A stretch of DNA of 64,000 nucleotides, from IMG/VR virus record IMGVR_UViG_3300029705_002947; one strand, 5' to 3'. Shown piece after piece: positions 51,868 to 62,069 of this stretch (position 1 is the stretch's first letter; each line of letters opens with the position of its first letter). This DNA comes from an uncultured virus (IMG/VR IMGVR_UViG_3300029705_002947). Its lineage: Duplodnaviria > Heunggongvirae > Uroviricota > Caudoviricetes. Under the pieces are notes generated by a model. It saw only the letters and a program-made list of their open reading frames with translations, was not told the origin of the DNA and did not search any database. The position numbers and the translations under genes were made by a program.

Positions 51868-51896
51868 ACATAATTGTTATGTTGGATAAAATTTCA

Positions 51897-52397
51897 TTAA
51901 CGTTTATGTCTCTTTTTATTTTTAGTTTCATTTCTCATATCGTCTCTTTTTGAAATTCTATGTGTTTTTTTCGAAACATAATTATTCATTTTTGCAGCTG
52001 CATTAAATTCATTATTATTTTCACTCATCGTTTTTAATGAAATATTTTTAACACTTTCTATTAGGTCATAACCTAAGTACATTAAATCTGATTTAATATC
52101 TGGCATAACATCTAGTGTTAAATAGTTCATTATTTCATCTCTATATTCATTGTCATAATCTAACAGTAATATATTTATACCCTCTTCTGATATAAAAGTG
52201 TCATCCTCAATAGTCATTAGATAACATCCATTTATATACTCTTCTTCATCTATTTGTAATATCCTAAGAACGTTAACTAATTCATACCATTTATAGCCAA
52301 GGTCATCGATAAACACAGGAGAATCTACTTCAAATAAACAATAAAGTTCATTTAATAGAATTTCCAATGTACAGTATTTATTATTTAAATTGTACAT
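51897..52397 (-). CDS. Bro-N-like DNA-binding protein
   Basis: W+....V..IL and FISEEG+..L+ pattern; likely start MYNL at 52397. Confidence 0.5.
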   Translation of the reverse strand: MYNLNNKYCTLEILLNELYCLFEVDSPVFIDDLGYKWYELVNVLRILQIDEEEYINGCYLMTIEDDTFISEEGINILLLDYDNEYRDEIMNYLTLDVMPDIKSDLMYLGYDLIESVKNISLKTMSENNNEFNAAAKMNNYVSKKTHRISKRDDMRNETKNKKRHKR

Positions 52398-52707
52398 TAT
52401 ATAAGCACCCCTCTTTCTCGATTTTATCTTTAACAAATTCAACGAACTCATCAGTTATTTCAAAAATGAAATGTTGTCTACCACGTTTAAAAATAAATCT
52501 CTCCCTAAAATATAATGCGTATAATTCTCTTTCCCTAGCTCTAAATTTTATATTAACACAGAGTTTTCCTAATTTAACAGTAGTATTAGGATTTTCTTCT
52601 ATTGCCAATATACCCATAGATTTTAACATATTGGTTACACTTTCAGTATCAGCGTTCACTAGTTCACCTATCATATTATACGGATAATATCTTATTTCGT
52701 TTTCCAT
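52381..52707 (-). CDS. Hypothetical protein
   Basis: AAGGAG SD; AACAAATATTTA motif at 52730-52741. Confidence 0.7.
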   Translation of the reverse strand: MENEIRYYPYNMIGELVNADTESVTNMLKSMGILAIEENPNTTVKLGKLCVNIKFRARERELYALYFRERFIFKRGRQHFIFEITDEFVEFVKDKIEKEGCLYNVQFK

Positions 52708-52750
52708 CTTTTACACTCCTTCCTTGTTTTAAATATTTGTTTTATTTTTC

Positions 52751-53446
52751 TTATTTTTTTGGATCTGTAACAATCTTCTTCATAAATTCTTCCTGTCCTA
52801 TTAAAGATAAAGGTCTGAAACCATCTACATCAATATATGTATATTTAGTTTCCAATAGAGAATAATCTTGACATTCTTTAGAGAATTTTACTATATTCTT
52901 TAACTTGTCTTTCATATCTTGAGGCATATAAGGTTCATATTCTTTATAGAATAATAACCAATCTCCTCTAACATTTTGAACAGGTATAAATAACATTCCC
53001 TCATGTACTAACTTATGAACTGTTGTTGATAAAGGTATTAACCCAACTCTACATTGATAATGTAATTTCATAACTTCTTCACATATTTCAAATAGATTAA
53101 TTTCCCCATAATAATCCATGTGTTTAAGAAGAACCGTCATAGTTATATCATATAATGTAAATGGCGAATGATGAATTTCTACTTTAAACTTACTATAATG
53201 ATCCATCTTAGAATTTCCAAAGAAACTACATTTAGTCATATCAATATAATCTTTAAGAAACTTAATGTAATCTTTATACTCTAAACTAGAACGTATCATT
53301 CTTTCACATGTCTTAACAGTTTTAATCTTATCTTTCTCAGAAGCTATATTATATATCATATCAACATCAGGGATCTTAGAAATATCAACTTCCTCTATAA
53401 GTCTATCATTCTTATAACTTTCTATTTGTTTTGGTACCAATCTCAT
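52751..53446 (-). CDS. HNH-like protein, paralogue of 40937-41611
   Basis: ERMIRSS.EY..YI, VEIHHSPFTLYD, LSTTVHKLVH; TACA-N6-TA variant at 53462-53473. Confidence 0.6.
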   Translation of the reverse strand: MRLVPKQIESYKNDRLIEEVDISKIPDVDMIYNIASEKDKIKTVKTCERMIRSSLEYKDYIKFLKDYIDMTKCSFFGNSKMDHYSKFKVEIHHSPFTLYDITMTVLLKHMDYYGEINLFEICEEVMKLHYQCRVGLIPLSTTVHKLVHEGMLFIPVQNVRGDWLLFYKEYEPYMPQDMKDKLKNIVKFSKECQDYSLLETKYTYIDVDGFRPLSLIGQEEFMKKIVTDPKK

Positions 53447-53486
53447 TGTATCACTCTCCTTTATAAAATTGTAGATAAGAAAAAAA

Positions 53487-53508
53487 GATATAACCTGAAG
53501 GTTATATC
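53487..53508 (-). terminator. Terminator
   Basis: GATATAACCT-GA-AGGTTATATC with A-run. Confidence 0.7.
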
Positions 53509-53509
53509 C

Positions 53510-54031
53510 TTAATATAATCCTGCTTCTGGTTGATATGATGCTAAGAATCTTTCTAAACATAATGGTATGTTTAATATTGCACCATAAACCGAATCTTCT
53601 ATTACGTCCGCTTCACCATATATATTTAATGTATTTACTGTATACATTAATTCCCCTAAATGTTCTCTTAATAAACCAAACCCATCATCTAATATTTCAT
53701 ATTCATATTCACTAAATCTCAGATTATCTAAATCTCTTTCAATATTATCAAAATACATAAATAATTGATTATATTGTGATGTTAGATATTCCATAAATTT
53801 TGTTATCATCATAGGAGTTAGATAATGTCCTGCCAAATATTGTATTTCATAATCACTTGCTAAATTATCATAAAAGCTGTCAACCATTATTTCTCCACCC
53901 TTACAGAAATGGTAATGTTCTTCTCTAAATCCATTTATCATATTTTGATCTTTAGTTACACCAATTATAAATGGACCAGGATCAACATTGTTATATCCAT
54001 ATATTATACAATATTCTTGTTCCATATACAT
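53510..54031 (-). CDS. Hypothetical acidic protein (early)
   Basis: GGAGGTAA SD; start may be 54025. Confidence 0.7.
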   Translation of the reverse strand: MYMEQEYCIIYGYNNVDPGPFIIGVTKDQNMINGFREEHYHFCKGGEIMVDSFYDNLASDYEIQYLAGHYLTPMMITKFMEYLTSQYNQLFMYFDNIERDLDNLRFSEYEYEILDDGFGLLREHLGELMYTVNTLNIYGEADVIEDSVYGAILNIPLCLERFLASYQPEAGLY

Positions 54032-54037
54032 TACCTC

Positions 54038-54274
54038 CTAATATCTATTAATATGTGTTTCTATATAATTAACATCTACAAACTCATCTAATTCACTTAT
54101 TTTAGCACGTCTTAATTGTGCTATTTTTTCTGCTGTAATCATAATTGCATCAGTTATTCTTTCTTTCTCATTTTCTGTTACGTTTAATAAATCCAACATT
54201 TCATATAAATCTCTTGCAGAGTTATCAATGTTATTTACTATATCAGCAATTGTTATTAATGTAGATTTTTTCAT
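54038..54274 (-). CDS. Small helical hypothetical protein (early)
   Basis: GGAGG SD directly after an early-type promoter. Confidence 0.7.
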   Translation of the reverse strand: MKKSTLITIADIVNNIDNSARDLYEMLDLLNVTENEKERITDAIMITAEKIAQLRRAKISELDEFVDVNYIETHINRY

Positions 54275-54309
54275 ATTACCAACCTCCTTATTTTCTTGTA
54301 TTCCTCGAT

Positions 54310-54341
54310 ATAATATATAATTGAAAAATACATGTTTTACA
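54310..54341 (-). promoter_or_regulatory. Early-type promoter motif
   Basis: TGTAAA-N18-TATATTAT. Confidence 0.7.
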
Positions 54342-54347
54342 TAAAAG

Positions 54348-54381
54348 AAAATACATAGAGGAAAAGTCCTCTATGTATTTT
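54348..54381 (-). terminator. Terminator
   Basis: AAAATACATAGAGGA-AAAG-TCCTCTATGTATTTT. Confidence 0.8.
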
Positions 54382-54388
54382 AAAAATT

Positions 54389-57300
54389 CTATAAGTAAAT
54401 TTGTTGTTGTTTAATCCAATCTTCAGATACAGCTTTAGCTGCATTATAGTTAGTTACTTTAGTACATTGATGTAATGCACCCCAGAAACCATTTTGATCT
54501 CCTTGTAATGCTGTAAATTTAGCTCCGTTCCAGAATTCAGGAGATGTACCTTCAAGATTAGCACATCTATAGAATATACCATAAACCATTCTTAATTTTT
54601 TATTTTGACCTCCACCATTTAAGAATGTCGCTCCAACACTCGTCATATTAGTAAATGCGAACATTTTTCTTGCATCTGTAATAGTGTTTATTGAGTTTCC
54701 AAATAATAATGGAGATACAGCACCTGTAACTGGTGTACCCATAAATAATTCATAAACAGTAGTAACTTTAGCTTGTTTATCAAATGTTCTAGGATGTACT
54801 TGACAGTTAGTAGGAACTTTATACATTCTATTAAATACAGAACTACAATCTGTTAGTGCTGTACATTTTTCAAATAATACAGGATTACAAATATAAGTTA
54901 TACCTGTCTCCTCTTCAATATAACCTTTATTTATAGCTTGACAATCTTTAAATAATCCTGAAATATTTGTAAGTTTAGTATATTTACGAGATTGATTTTC
55001 TGTAAATAATAAGTCATGTGGTATTCCACCTGGCATTTTTATACATTTATTAAACATGTTAGAAATACTAGTAAGTTCTAAACATTCCGCCAATAATCCT
55101 AATTGATTAACTTTTATAGCATCACCTATTTCAGCTATAACATAATAGTTACCACTAGCATTAATTATAGTAGCTAAGTTAGGAGATAAGTTAACAACGT
55201 CCGAATAAGCAACTTCTGTAAATGGATCGTTCATAAATTCTACAACACGTAACGCACCTTCAGTATCCGCTGTTACTAGTTTATATGATGTTATACCTTG
55301 CACAGTTTCATATTCACCAGTTGGTAATTCTTCATCGATAGATTCACAACCAGCAAACATACCTGTTGTATTAGTTAATGTTTTTCTACAAGTATCGAAT
55401 AATAATAATGGTATTCCTCCAGAAACCATTTTACAATTTTGCATGAAGTATTGTGCTTGTTGTAAGTTAACACAATCTACAAATAAATCTTCTGGTATAG
55501 TACCAGTGAAAGTTTCACAACCATTTATAAATGCTGAAACCGATGTTAAACTTCCACAATTTTTAAACCATTCATTACTTATACCAGTTTGTGGGTCTTC
55601 ACCATTTCTAACATCTATATTAACTCCTGAAAGAGCAGCACAACCACTAAACATATATGAAACAGTTTGTAATAACTGAGCTGAATTTTTAAATAAACCT
55701 TTAGGAATATGTCCTTCAATTTTACTACATCCTTCAAAGAAACAACCCATATCATAAATAAGTTTGTTATTTATAAATAAATCTTCACAAACACTATTTC
55801 CACGTGTTAATACGTTAGATCCTTCATAGTAGTGACAGTCCACTAATGATTTACAGTTTCTAAACATTCCTGCTACTATTTGTACTTTAGGTACAGTATT
55901 TAAGAATGTTTCATGATAACCTGTTATACTAGTAGCTTGGAAGAAACCTTCATTTGGATACCTAGCAGTTGACCAAGGTTGGTTATCTTCTGTATTCATA
56001 CCAAGGTTAACTAAGTTTTCAGCACCTAAGAAGAATCTAGAACTTACTATACCTTCCATAGCGTTACATTCAGCAAATACACCAACAGCTTTAGTTAAGT
56101 TAGGTAATTTATTAGTATCCCCTATATTAACTCTAAATAAACTTTCTGGTACTGTTGGTATTTTTCTACATCTTTGGAACATACCATTCATCTTAGTCAA
56201 TTTAGTATTTTTAGATAAGAATCCATTAGGTATTTCACATGTTAAGTTTTGATAACAATCGAAGAACATGTAAGCACAGTTAGTTAAATTAACCAATGGA
56301 TACATCATTTCTCCTAGTCCTTCTTCTCCAGATGCTAATGTATAACAACCACTAAACATTGCAAATGTAGAAGTTATATTTGGACTTCCTATAAATATAT
56401 TAGGATATTCATCTATATAATGTGTTAATTTATGTGAACTTGCAAATATAGATGAAACTGTGTTTAATTTAGGTTTATTATGTAGTAAATTTGGTCCTAC
56501 TGTAGTTAAGTTAGGCATTCTACTAAATGTATAAGATAAATTATTTATTGTGTCTGCACAAGGATTGAATAAATCTCCATGTACAGAAGTATATCCTGTA
56601 ATATCAAATGCATGATAAGCATTTTGTAAATTACGGTTTTCACTAAATAAATCAGCAGGTATTTCAGTTGTAGTATCTTCGGAAGTACCTAGTATACCAA
56701 CTAGTTGGTCTTCACTATACATATGACACATTCCTGTAATGTCTGTTAACGTTCCACCACAAGCATCTAATAATTTTTTAATCATAGGTGTTTTTGCTCT
56801 AAAACATCTATCGAACATATAAGACGCATTAGTAACTCCTACAAAGTTAAAATCAAGTCCATCTATATCTGATAATAAATAACAACTTGCAAATAAATTT
56901 GAAATTGAATTATTTGCGTTTGTTAATTCTCCTGATATTTTAGTTAAATTCTTACATGCATAGAATAATCTTTGTAAGTTTCCTGTAAATTGTATATCTC
57001 TTATTTCTGTTAATGATGTTGCACTATCAAATGATAAGAATGATAGATTAGTTAATTGAATCATATCAATAACTTCATCTTTAACATCTTCAGAACCGTA
57101 TTGTATCTTTGTTACACTTGAGTTTGATAAGTCTAGATGTTCTAACGTATCCCATGGTAAAGCAGACTCACCATTAGCTGCTTTAATTGCTTCTATTTCA
57201 TTTAAATATTTAGGTAATCTTATAGTATGTGCTGATGTTGTTTGTGAAACTATAAGTTTCTTCAAGTTGTACATTGAATACAGTTTTAAGTCCCTCATAA

Positions 57301-60300
57301 CTGGACTAGTATTACCTTTCATATTTAAAGTCTCTATATTATAACTATTAGTAACATCAAAACCTGCTATAGACTTACATTCTGATAAATTAACATCTTT
57401 AACTTTTGTACAGTTAGTTACTGTGAAATTTTGTATTGTTGAACCAGCAACATCAACAGTTTCAATTCTATTACATCTGTTTAATTCGAATTTATTTATA
57501 TTATCACAACCAGTAATTCTTATATCGTCTAAGAACTCTGCCCCATCTATTGAAATATTTTTAATACTGCTTCCTGTTAAGTTTATACTATTAAGCACTG
57601 TATCTCTAGGGAATACTATACCTGTAAATGCAGTATAAGCTATATCAACAGTTTTTAAGTTTTTACAGTTACTTAGGTCTAATGATTGAGATTCAGTAGC
57701 TGTACCTAATAAATAAGAGTTAGTACAGTTAAGATTTCTTAAGTATATATTATTACCTACTTTAAGACCATTCATACGGTTAGAATATGAGAAGTCTAAT
57801 TCAAGTATTTTAGTTGCATGTTCTATTCTGGCTTCAGTTAAGTTCAATGATTGTAATCTGTTTATACGCTTAATATTACCTGCTCCAGTTATAGCCATCT
57901 CTTTATTTACACCTCTTATTGGGAATGAGAATAGTGTTCCTTCATGTTCTATTCCTGTATCAGGGTCTTTATATCTAGATTCAGGACCAACATAAGCAGT
58001 AACTTTACCATCGGCACCAGAACCGATACTTACTGTTACATATTGTGGTGAATATGTACTTATACCTAAATAACAACGTACTGTAGTACCTTCACCTTGA
58101 CCATATGCAGCATCTGAACGTAATCCTATTTCAGTATTTAACGAACCTGATTCTTTATAATCAAATATAGTATCTAAGAATATCAATCTTTCTTTTAAGA
58201 ATTTTTTATATTTTTGTGCTCTGTTACCATGAAGCATTTGTAAATAAGTAGAGTCTTTTTCTGTAACTTGAGATAAATATTTAGAAGCGGCATCTTTATT
58301 AAAATAAATTTCTCCTATTACATCATCTGTATCCGCCCATATAGATCTAGTTATATTCTCATAAGAATACACTCCACTACTTCTTAATTGATTATATGCT
58401 TTTTTAATTTCATCTTTAAACTCTTCAGCGAAAGCATTCCAAAGTTTACTTGATGTAGTATTATAGTTCATGTAACGTAAATCTGTTGTTTCATCAATAT
58501 GACTAGAACCTGCAAACGTACCTTCTGCGTTGGTAGGTGACATATCGTCTAATATTTCTGCGTCAACACGTATTATTTCTGTACCTGTATTTGAAAGTCC
58601 CATCTGTGTATCCATGTCATATGGTCTTGGATAGAATTTAACTCCATCCCATGTATCCCACATTGAGTTTTTACCACAGTTGTCGACTTGTGTGAACATT
58701 TGCATTTGTAAATAATATGCTAATGTGTAAGTTAAATCTAAATGAGCTTCAAAATCTTTTTTGAATGTTCCAGCTTTTATAGAATCACTTACCCAATTAA
58801 CCAAGTCAACCATTGGTCTATAAGTAGCTTTTTCATCGTCTTCGTTAAATGTATATCTAGCTTCAAAGTCATCCATTATATAATCTATCTCATCATAATC
58901 TGCAACGAATTCTTCGAATGTCAAATAACTTATAGTTCCATCAGCTATACCTGCTTTAAATTGATCCATTGTACATTTTTCTGGAGTAAGACCGTATTCT
59001 TTAAGATATTCTTCATAAGAGTCATCTAAATAATATTTATAAACGTTTTTTATAGAATCTTCTAGTTTATAGAAACATCCTGCTGTATCATTTGCATTGG
59101 CAGTTGCTTCGTAAGAAATACAACTATCTTTACCAGAACCTATAACATCACCGTGGTCATCATATAAATCACATTCAAATCCTAATTCTTTACCCTCTTT
59201 ATCTATATTAAACATAAATGATCCAACTAAAACGTTTTCACTACTAGCTTCACCTTCATTATAATAAACTATACAAGGGAAACCATCTATAGCATCATGA
59301 TACCCGTCTTTTTTAGCTGGAGACATACCACCTAATTCGTCTATAACTTGATTATAGAATCTTGCAGTAGGTGTATTATTTTTATGTGATTGCTCCATAT
59401 AGTCACATTTCAATGTATAGCAGCTATCTTCTACCCAATCAGGTGCGTTAGGAGGAGCAAATTTAAATTTAGATGTTTTTTCTTGATCTACCCATGTTTT
59501 TATTTTATAGTTTTTAACAGGATATTGTAGTGAAGATGTACCTTGTAAATATACGTCAACATTATCAAAAACTATAATATTACCTTCACCATCATCATAT
59601 TCCATTACACAGTCAACAAATGTCTTTTTAGATTCTTTTTTATCTTTAATTGAGTGTAATGTAGCAAATTTAGCGTTTCCTTTAAATTCTTCTCCACCTT
59701 TTCTTTTAAATACTATTGTAGGTAAAGATGCAATTTCTAAGTTATTTTTATCATTTTTTTTCTGTTGTTCTTCACTATCATATATATGAGATATGTAGTT
59801 TTGTAATACTTCAGAAGATTTTAAGAAACTATTATAAATACGTATGAATTTTATTTCACATTCCCCAAAGTTCTCAAATGATATTTCGCCAGCAGCATTA
59901 ATCATTCTACAAGCATTAAGAATCAATGGATAAGCTTGTTTTGAACCATCTAAGAATTCATCTTTTTCCGATAATGTAGTACAAGAACAAAGAACACCGT
60001 TTATATATACACGAAGTGTTTTTGTAGGGTTAGCATCTTCTATCATGGCTTGCCCGACATGATCGAATGTTCTGACATTATTATCTACTACTAATGTTAT
60101 ATGAACCCATTCATCTTCCACGAATTGTAATTTGTTTACTTGTAAGTTAGATCCTATAGCCATAGTATCATATGATATAGCAACACCTGGGTCGCCTATA
60201 GAGTCTGCTTTCATACATGTCATGACTCTAGCATTTAATTCCCCTATATTTCTAGTACGTATAGCTGTTTCAAGTGTAAATCCTTGTTGACCACCCATAC

Positions 60301-61966
60301 TAAATATTGAGAATGGACTATAAGGACGTGGTTCCCCATTTACCATTTGAACCAGTTCCCCATATGACTCACCTGTAAATTTAAGCATCATTTCTCCGTC
60401 ATCTTCATCAGTTAATGTTTCATCAATATGTTTCCATCCATTAGATGAATAGTTTAATCCATGAAGTAATATTCTATATTTATCCCCTGTATGTCTAGAA
60501 GAGTTTTGCCATACATCTGGAGAACCGTCATTATTTCTTTTTGCATTAGCATCGAAATATGCGATTAAGTTAGGGTTATCTATATAAGGAACTTTTTGAT
60601 ATGTTGATGTAACTACTGTCATAACTTTTATAGCTGGTTCTTTTGTTTCAACAAGTCTATCGACAGTATATGCTTTTAAAATATATCTATAAGTACCTTC
60701 TTCTAATTTACCTACTGACCAATAGTTAGTTATATTAACCCTAGAAGAAATTCCTGCATCGGCAGTTTTAGCAACTAATTCCCATGATCCTAAGTTATCT
60801 TTATAAAGTTCACCTGTCATTACAAAGTAATCTGCTATTTTAGATATAACCCTAAAAGGAATAGAGAAATACATATTAGTATCAACTTGTTGGTCTTTAG
60901 CTTCATCTATGATAGCTATTTCATTTTCTTCAAGAACTCTAAATACATATTCTAGTTTATTAGATGTAAACACACCTTCAGTAGTATCATTTACACTTTC
61001 ACCTGTATATGCTTGAGCATGTAATCTATATAATCCACGTTTAGGTATTCCAGTTGAAGTCCATACAGATTCCATATATGTTCCTTCTAACACTTCTGTA
61101 GTTTCTGCTACAGTTTCACCAGTTTCAACATTTACGATTCCTATGTTTAATTTCATATTAGCACTAGCATCTGCTAATGAAGCTATATATGGGAATTCTA
61201 CAGAATCACCTTCTTCATAAATAGCAGTTAATAAGGTTTCTTCAAATGTACTTGTTAATTTTAATCCTCCGACTATAACTTTAAATGTTAATGTTTCTGG
61301 AGCAGGTATAGTTAAATAATCAGTAGCAGTTACTGTTATAGTATATGAACCATCAGTAGTTATTCTACCTAAGTTAGCTATAACAGAACCTTTAGCTCCA
61401 TTCCATGCTTTTACTAAAGAACCATCTCTATACACACGATACTTACCATCACCATATGTATTACTCATAAAGTTAAATTTTATAATTAATTCTTCATCGT
61501 CTTTTAAATATATTTTAGTACCCTCTGGCATACTAGCATCATATGATAAAGTTGGTATTGATGATTCTTTTTTATTTATTTTATCCCAAGTTGCTGGTAC
61601 TTTTTTACCATTTTCATCTTCTTTAACAGAAGTTACTATATAAAATCCTGGATTGTCGTCATCAGACTCATCTGAAATTATATAAAATATAGATCCAACA
61701 TTAGCTTTACTTTTAAGCATATCTCTATAATTTGGAACTATAGTTGTACTTGTACTACTTACTGAACTCCATACACCTGGTGTACCACCTTCATTACAAA
61801 TCCATATAGGTTCATCTACAGAAGTAGCACTGTCATTAATAATCATATCCCCAGTTAAATAAGTACCTTCAGTTGGAATAGAACTACCTCTCATTATTCT
61901 ATTCTCTGTAAAATAGGTATTATTTTTATCAGAGATTAATTTATTCTTTTTATTATTCTCAGACAT
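54389..61966 (-). CDS. 2525-aa putative tail/receptor-binding protein: Ig-like, LamG-like, CotH-kinase-like and LRR domains
   Basis: WVHITLV...LRVYING...IKFIRIYN (LamG); QGTSS..YP.KNY, LKCDY.E.SH, IDGFP, VDN.GKN, PYDMDT.MG (CotH-like); BspA-like IP..LF..C..L repeats. Confidence 0.75.
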   Translation of the reverse strand: MSENNKKNKLISDKNNTYFTENRIMRGSSIPTEGTYLTGDMIINDSATSVDEPIWICNEGGTPGVWSSVSSTSTTIVPNYRDMLKSKANVGSIFYIISDESDDDNPGFYIVTSVKEDENGKKVPATWDKINKKESSIPTLSYDASMPEGTKIYLKDDEELIIKFNFMSNTYGDGKYRVYRDGSLVKAWNGAKGSVIANLGRITTDGSYTITVTATDYLTIPAPETLTFKVIVGGLKLTSTFEETLLTAIYEEGDSVEFPYIASLADASANMKLNIGIVNVETGETVAETTEVLEGTYMESVWTSTGIPKRGLYRLHAQAYTGESVNDTTEGVFTSNKLEYVFRVLEENEIAIIDEAKDQQVDTNMYFSIPFRVISKIADYFVMTGELYKDNLGSWELVAKTADAGISSRVNITNYWSVGKLEEGTYRYILKAYTVDRLVETKEPAIKVMTVVTSTYQKVPYIDNPNLIAYFDANAKRNNDGSPDVWQNSSRHTGDKYRILLHGLNYSSNGWKHIDETLTDEDDGEMMLKFTGESYGELVQMVNGEPRPYSPFSIFSMGGQQGFTLETAIRTRNIGELNARVMTCMKADSIGDPGVAISYDTMAIGSNLQVNKLQFVEDEWVHITLVVDNNVRTFDHVGQAMIEDANPTKTLRVYINGVLCSCTTLSEKDEFLDGSKQAYPLILNACRMINAAGEISFENFGECEIKFIRIYNSFLKSSEVLQNYISHIYDSEEQQKKNDKNNLEIASLPTIVFKRKGGEEFKGNAKFATLHSIKDKKESKKTFVDCVMEYDDGEGNIIVFDNVDVYLQGTSSLQYPVKNYKIKTWVDQEKTSKFKFAPPNAPDWVEDSCYTLKCDYMEQSHKNNTPTARFYNQVIDELGGMSPAKKDGYHDAIDGFPCIVYYNEGEASSENVLVGSFMFNIDKEGKELGFECDLYDDHGDVIGSGKDSCISYEATANANDTAGCFYKLEDSIKNVYKYYLDDSYEEYLKEYGLTPEKCTMDQFKAGIADGTISYLTFEEFVADYDEIDYIMDDFEARYTFNEDDEKATYRPMVDLVNWVSDSIKAGTFKKDFEAHLDLTYTLAYYLQMQMFTQVDNCGKNSMWDTWDGVKFYPRPYDMDTQMGLSNTGTEIIRVDAEILDDMSPTNAEGTFAGSSHIDETTDLRYMNYNTTSSKLWNAFAEEFKDEIKKAYNQLRSSGVYSYENITRSIWADTDDVIGEIYFNKDAASKYLSQVTEKDSTYLQMLHGNRAQKYKKFLKERLIFLDTIFDYKESGSLNTEIGLRSDAAYGQGEGTTVRCYLGISTYSPQYVTVSIGSGADGKVTAYVGPESRYKDPDTGIEHEGTLFSFPIRGVNKEMAITGAGNIKRINRLQSLNLTEARIEHATKILELDFSYSNRMNGLKVGNNIYLRNLNCTNSYLLGTATESQSLDLSNCKNLKTVDIAYTAFTGIVFPRDTVLNSINLTGSSIKNISIDGAEFLDDIRITGCDNINKFELNRCNRIETVDVAGSTIQNFTVTNCTKVKDVNLSECKSIAGFDVTNSYNIETLNMKGNTSPVMRDLKLYSMYNLKKLIVSQTTSAHTIRLPKYLNEIEAIKAANGESALPWDTLEHLDLSNSSVTKIQYGSEDVKDEVIDMIQLTNLSFLSFDSATSLTEIRDIQFTGNLQRLFYACKNLTKISGELTNANNSISNLFASCYLLSDIDGLDFNFVGVTNASYMFDRCFRAKTPMIKKLLDACGGTLTDITGMCHMYSEDQLVGILGTSEDTTTEIPADLFSENRNLQNAYHAFDITGYTSVHGDLFNPCADTINNLSYTFSRMPNLTTVGPNLLHNKPKLNTVSSIFASSHKLTHYIDEYPNIFIGSPNITSTFAMFSGCYTLASGEEGLGEMMYPLVNLTNCAYMFFDCYQNLTCEIPNGFLSKNTKLTKMNGMFQRCRKIPTVPESLFRVNIGDTNKLPNLTKAVGVFAECNAMEGIVSSRFFLGAENLVNLGMNTEDNQPWSTARYPNEGFFQATSITGYHETFLNTVPKVQIVAGMFRNCKSLVDCHYYEGSNVLTRGNSVCEDLFINNKLIYDMGCFFEGCSKIEGHIPKGLFKNSAQLLQTVSYMFSGCAALSGVNIDVRNGEDPQTGISNEWFKNCGSLTSVSAFINGCETFTGTIPEDLFVDCVNLQQAQYFMQNCKMVSGGIPLLLFDTCRKTLTNTTGMFAGCESIDEELPTGEYETVQGITSYKLVTADTEGALRVVEFMNDPFTEVAYSDVVNLSPNLATIINASGNYYVIAEIGDAIKVNQLGLLAECLELTSISNMFNKCIKMPGGIPHDLLFTENQSRKYTKLTNISGLFKDCQAINKGYIEEETGITYICNPVLFEKCTALTDCSSVFNRMYKVPTNCQVHPRTFDKQAKVTTVYELFMGTPVTGAVSPLLFGNSINTITDARKMFAFTNMTSVGATFLNGGGQNKKLRMVYGIFYRCANLEGTSPEFWNGAKFTALQGDQNGFWGALHQCTKVTNYNAAKAVSEDWIKQQQIYL

Positions 61967-62008
61967 TTATTTTTCAACTCCTTTTAAAAATAAATTATAT
62001 TTATTCAT

Positions 62009-62020
62009 TACAAAATTGTT
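62009..62020 (-). promoter_or_regulatory. Late-type promoter motif
   Basis: AACAATTTTGTA. Confidence 0.6.
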
Positions 62021-62036
62021 TCTGTGATGAAAACAA

Positions 62037-62067
62037 GTATTAGATAAGCCAATGGCTTATCTAATAC
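62037..62067 (-). terminator. Terminator
   Basis: GTATTAGATAAGCCA-A-TGGCTTATCTAATAC. Confidence 0.75.
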
Positions 62068-62069
62068 AA

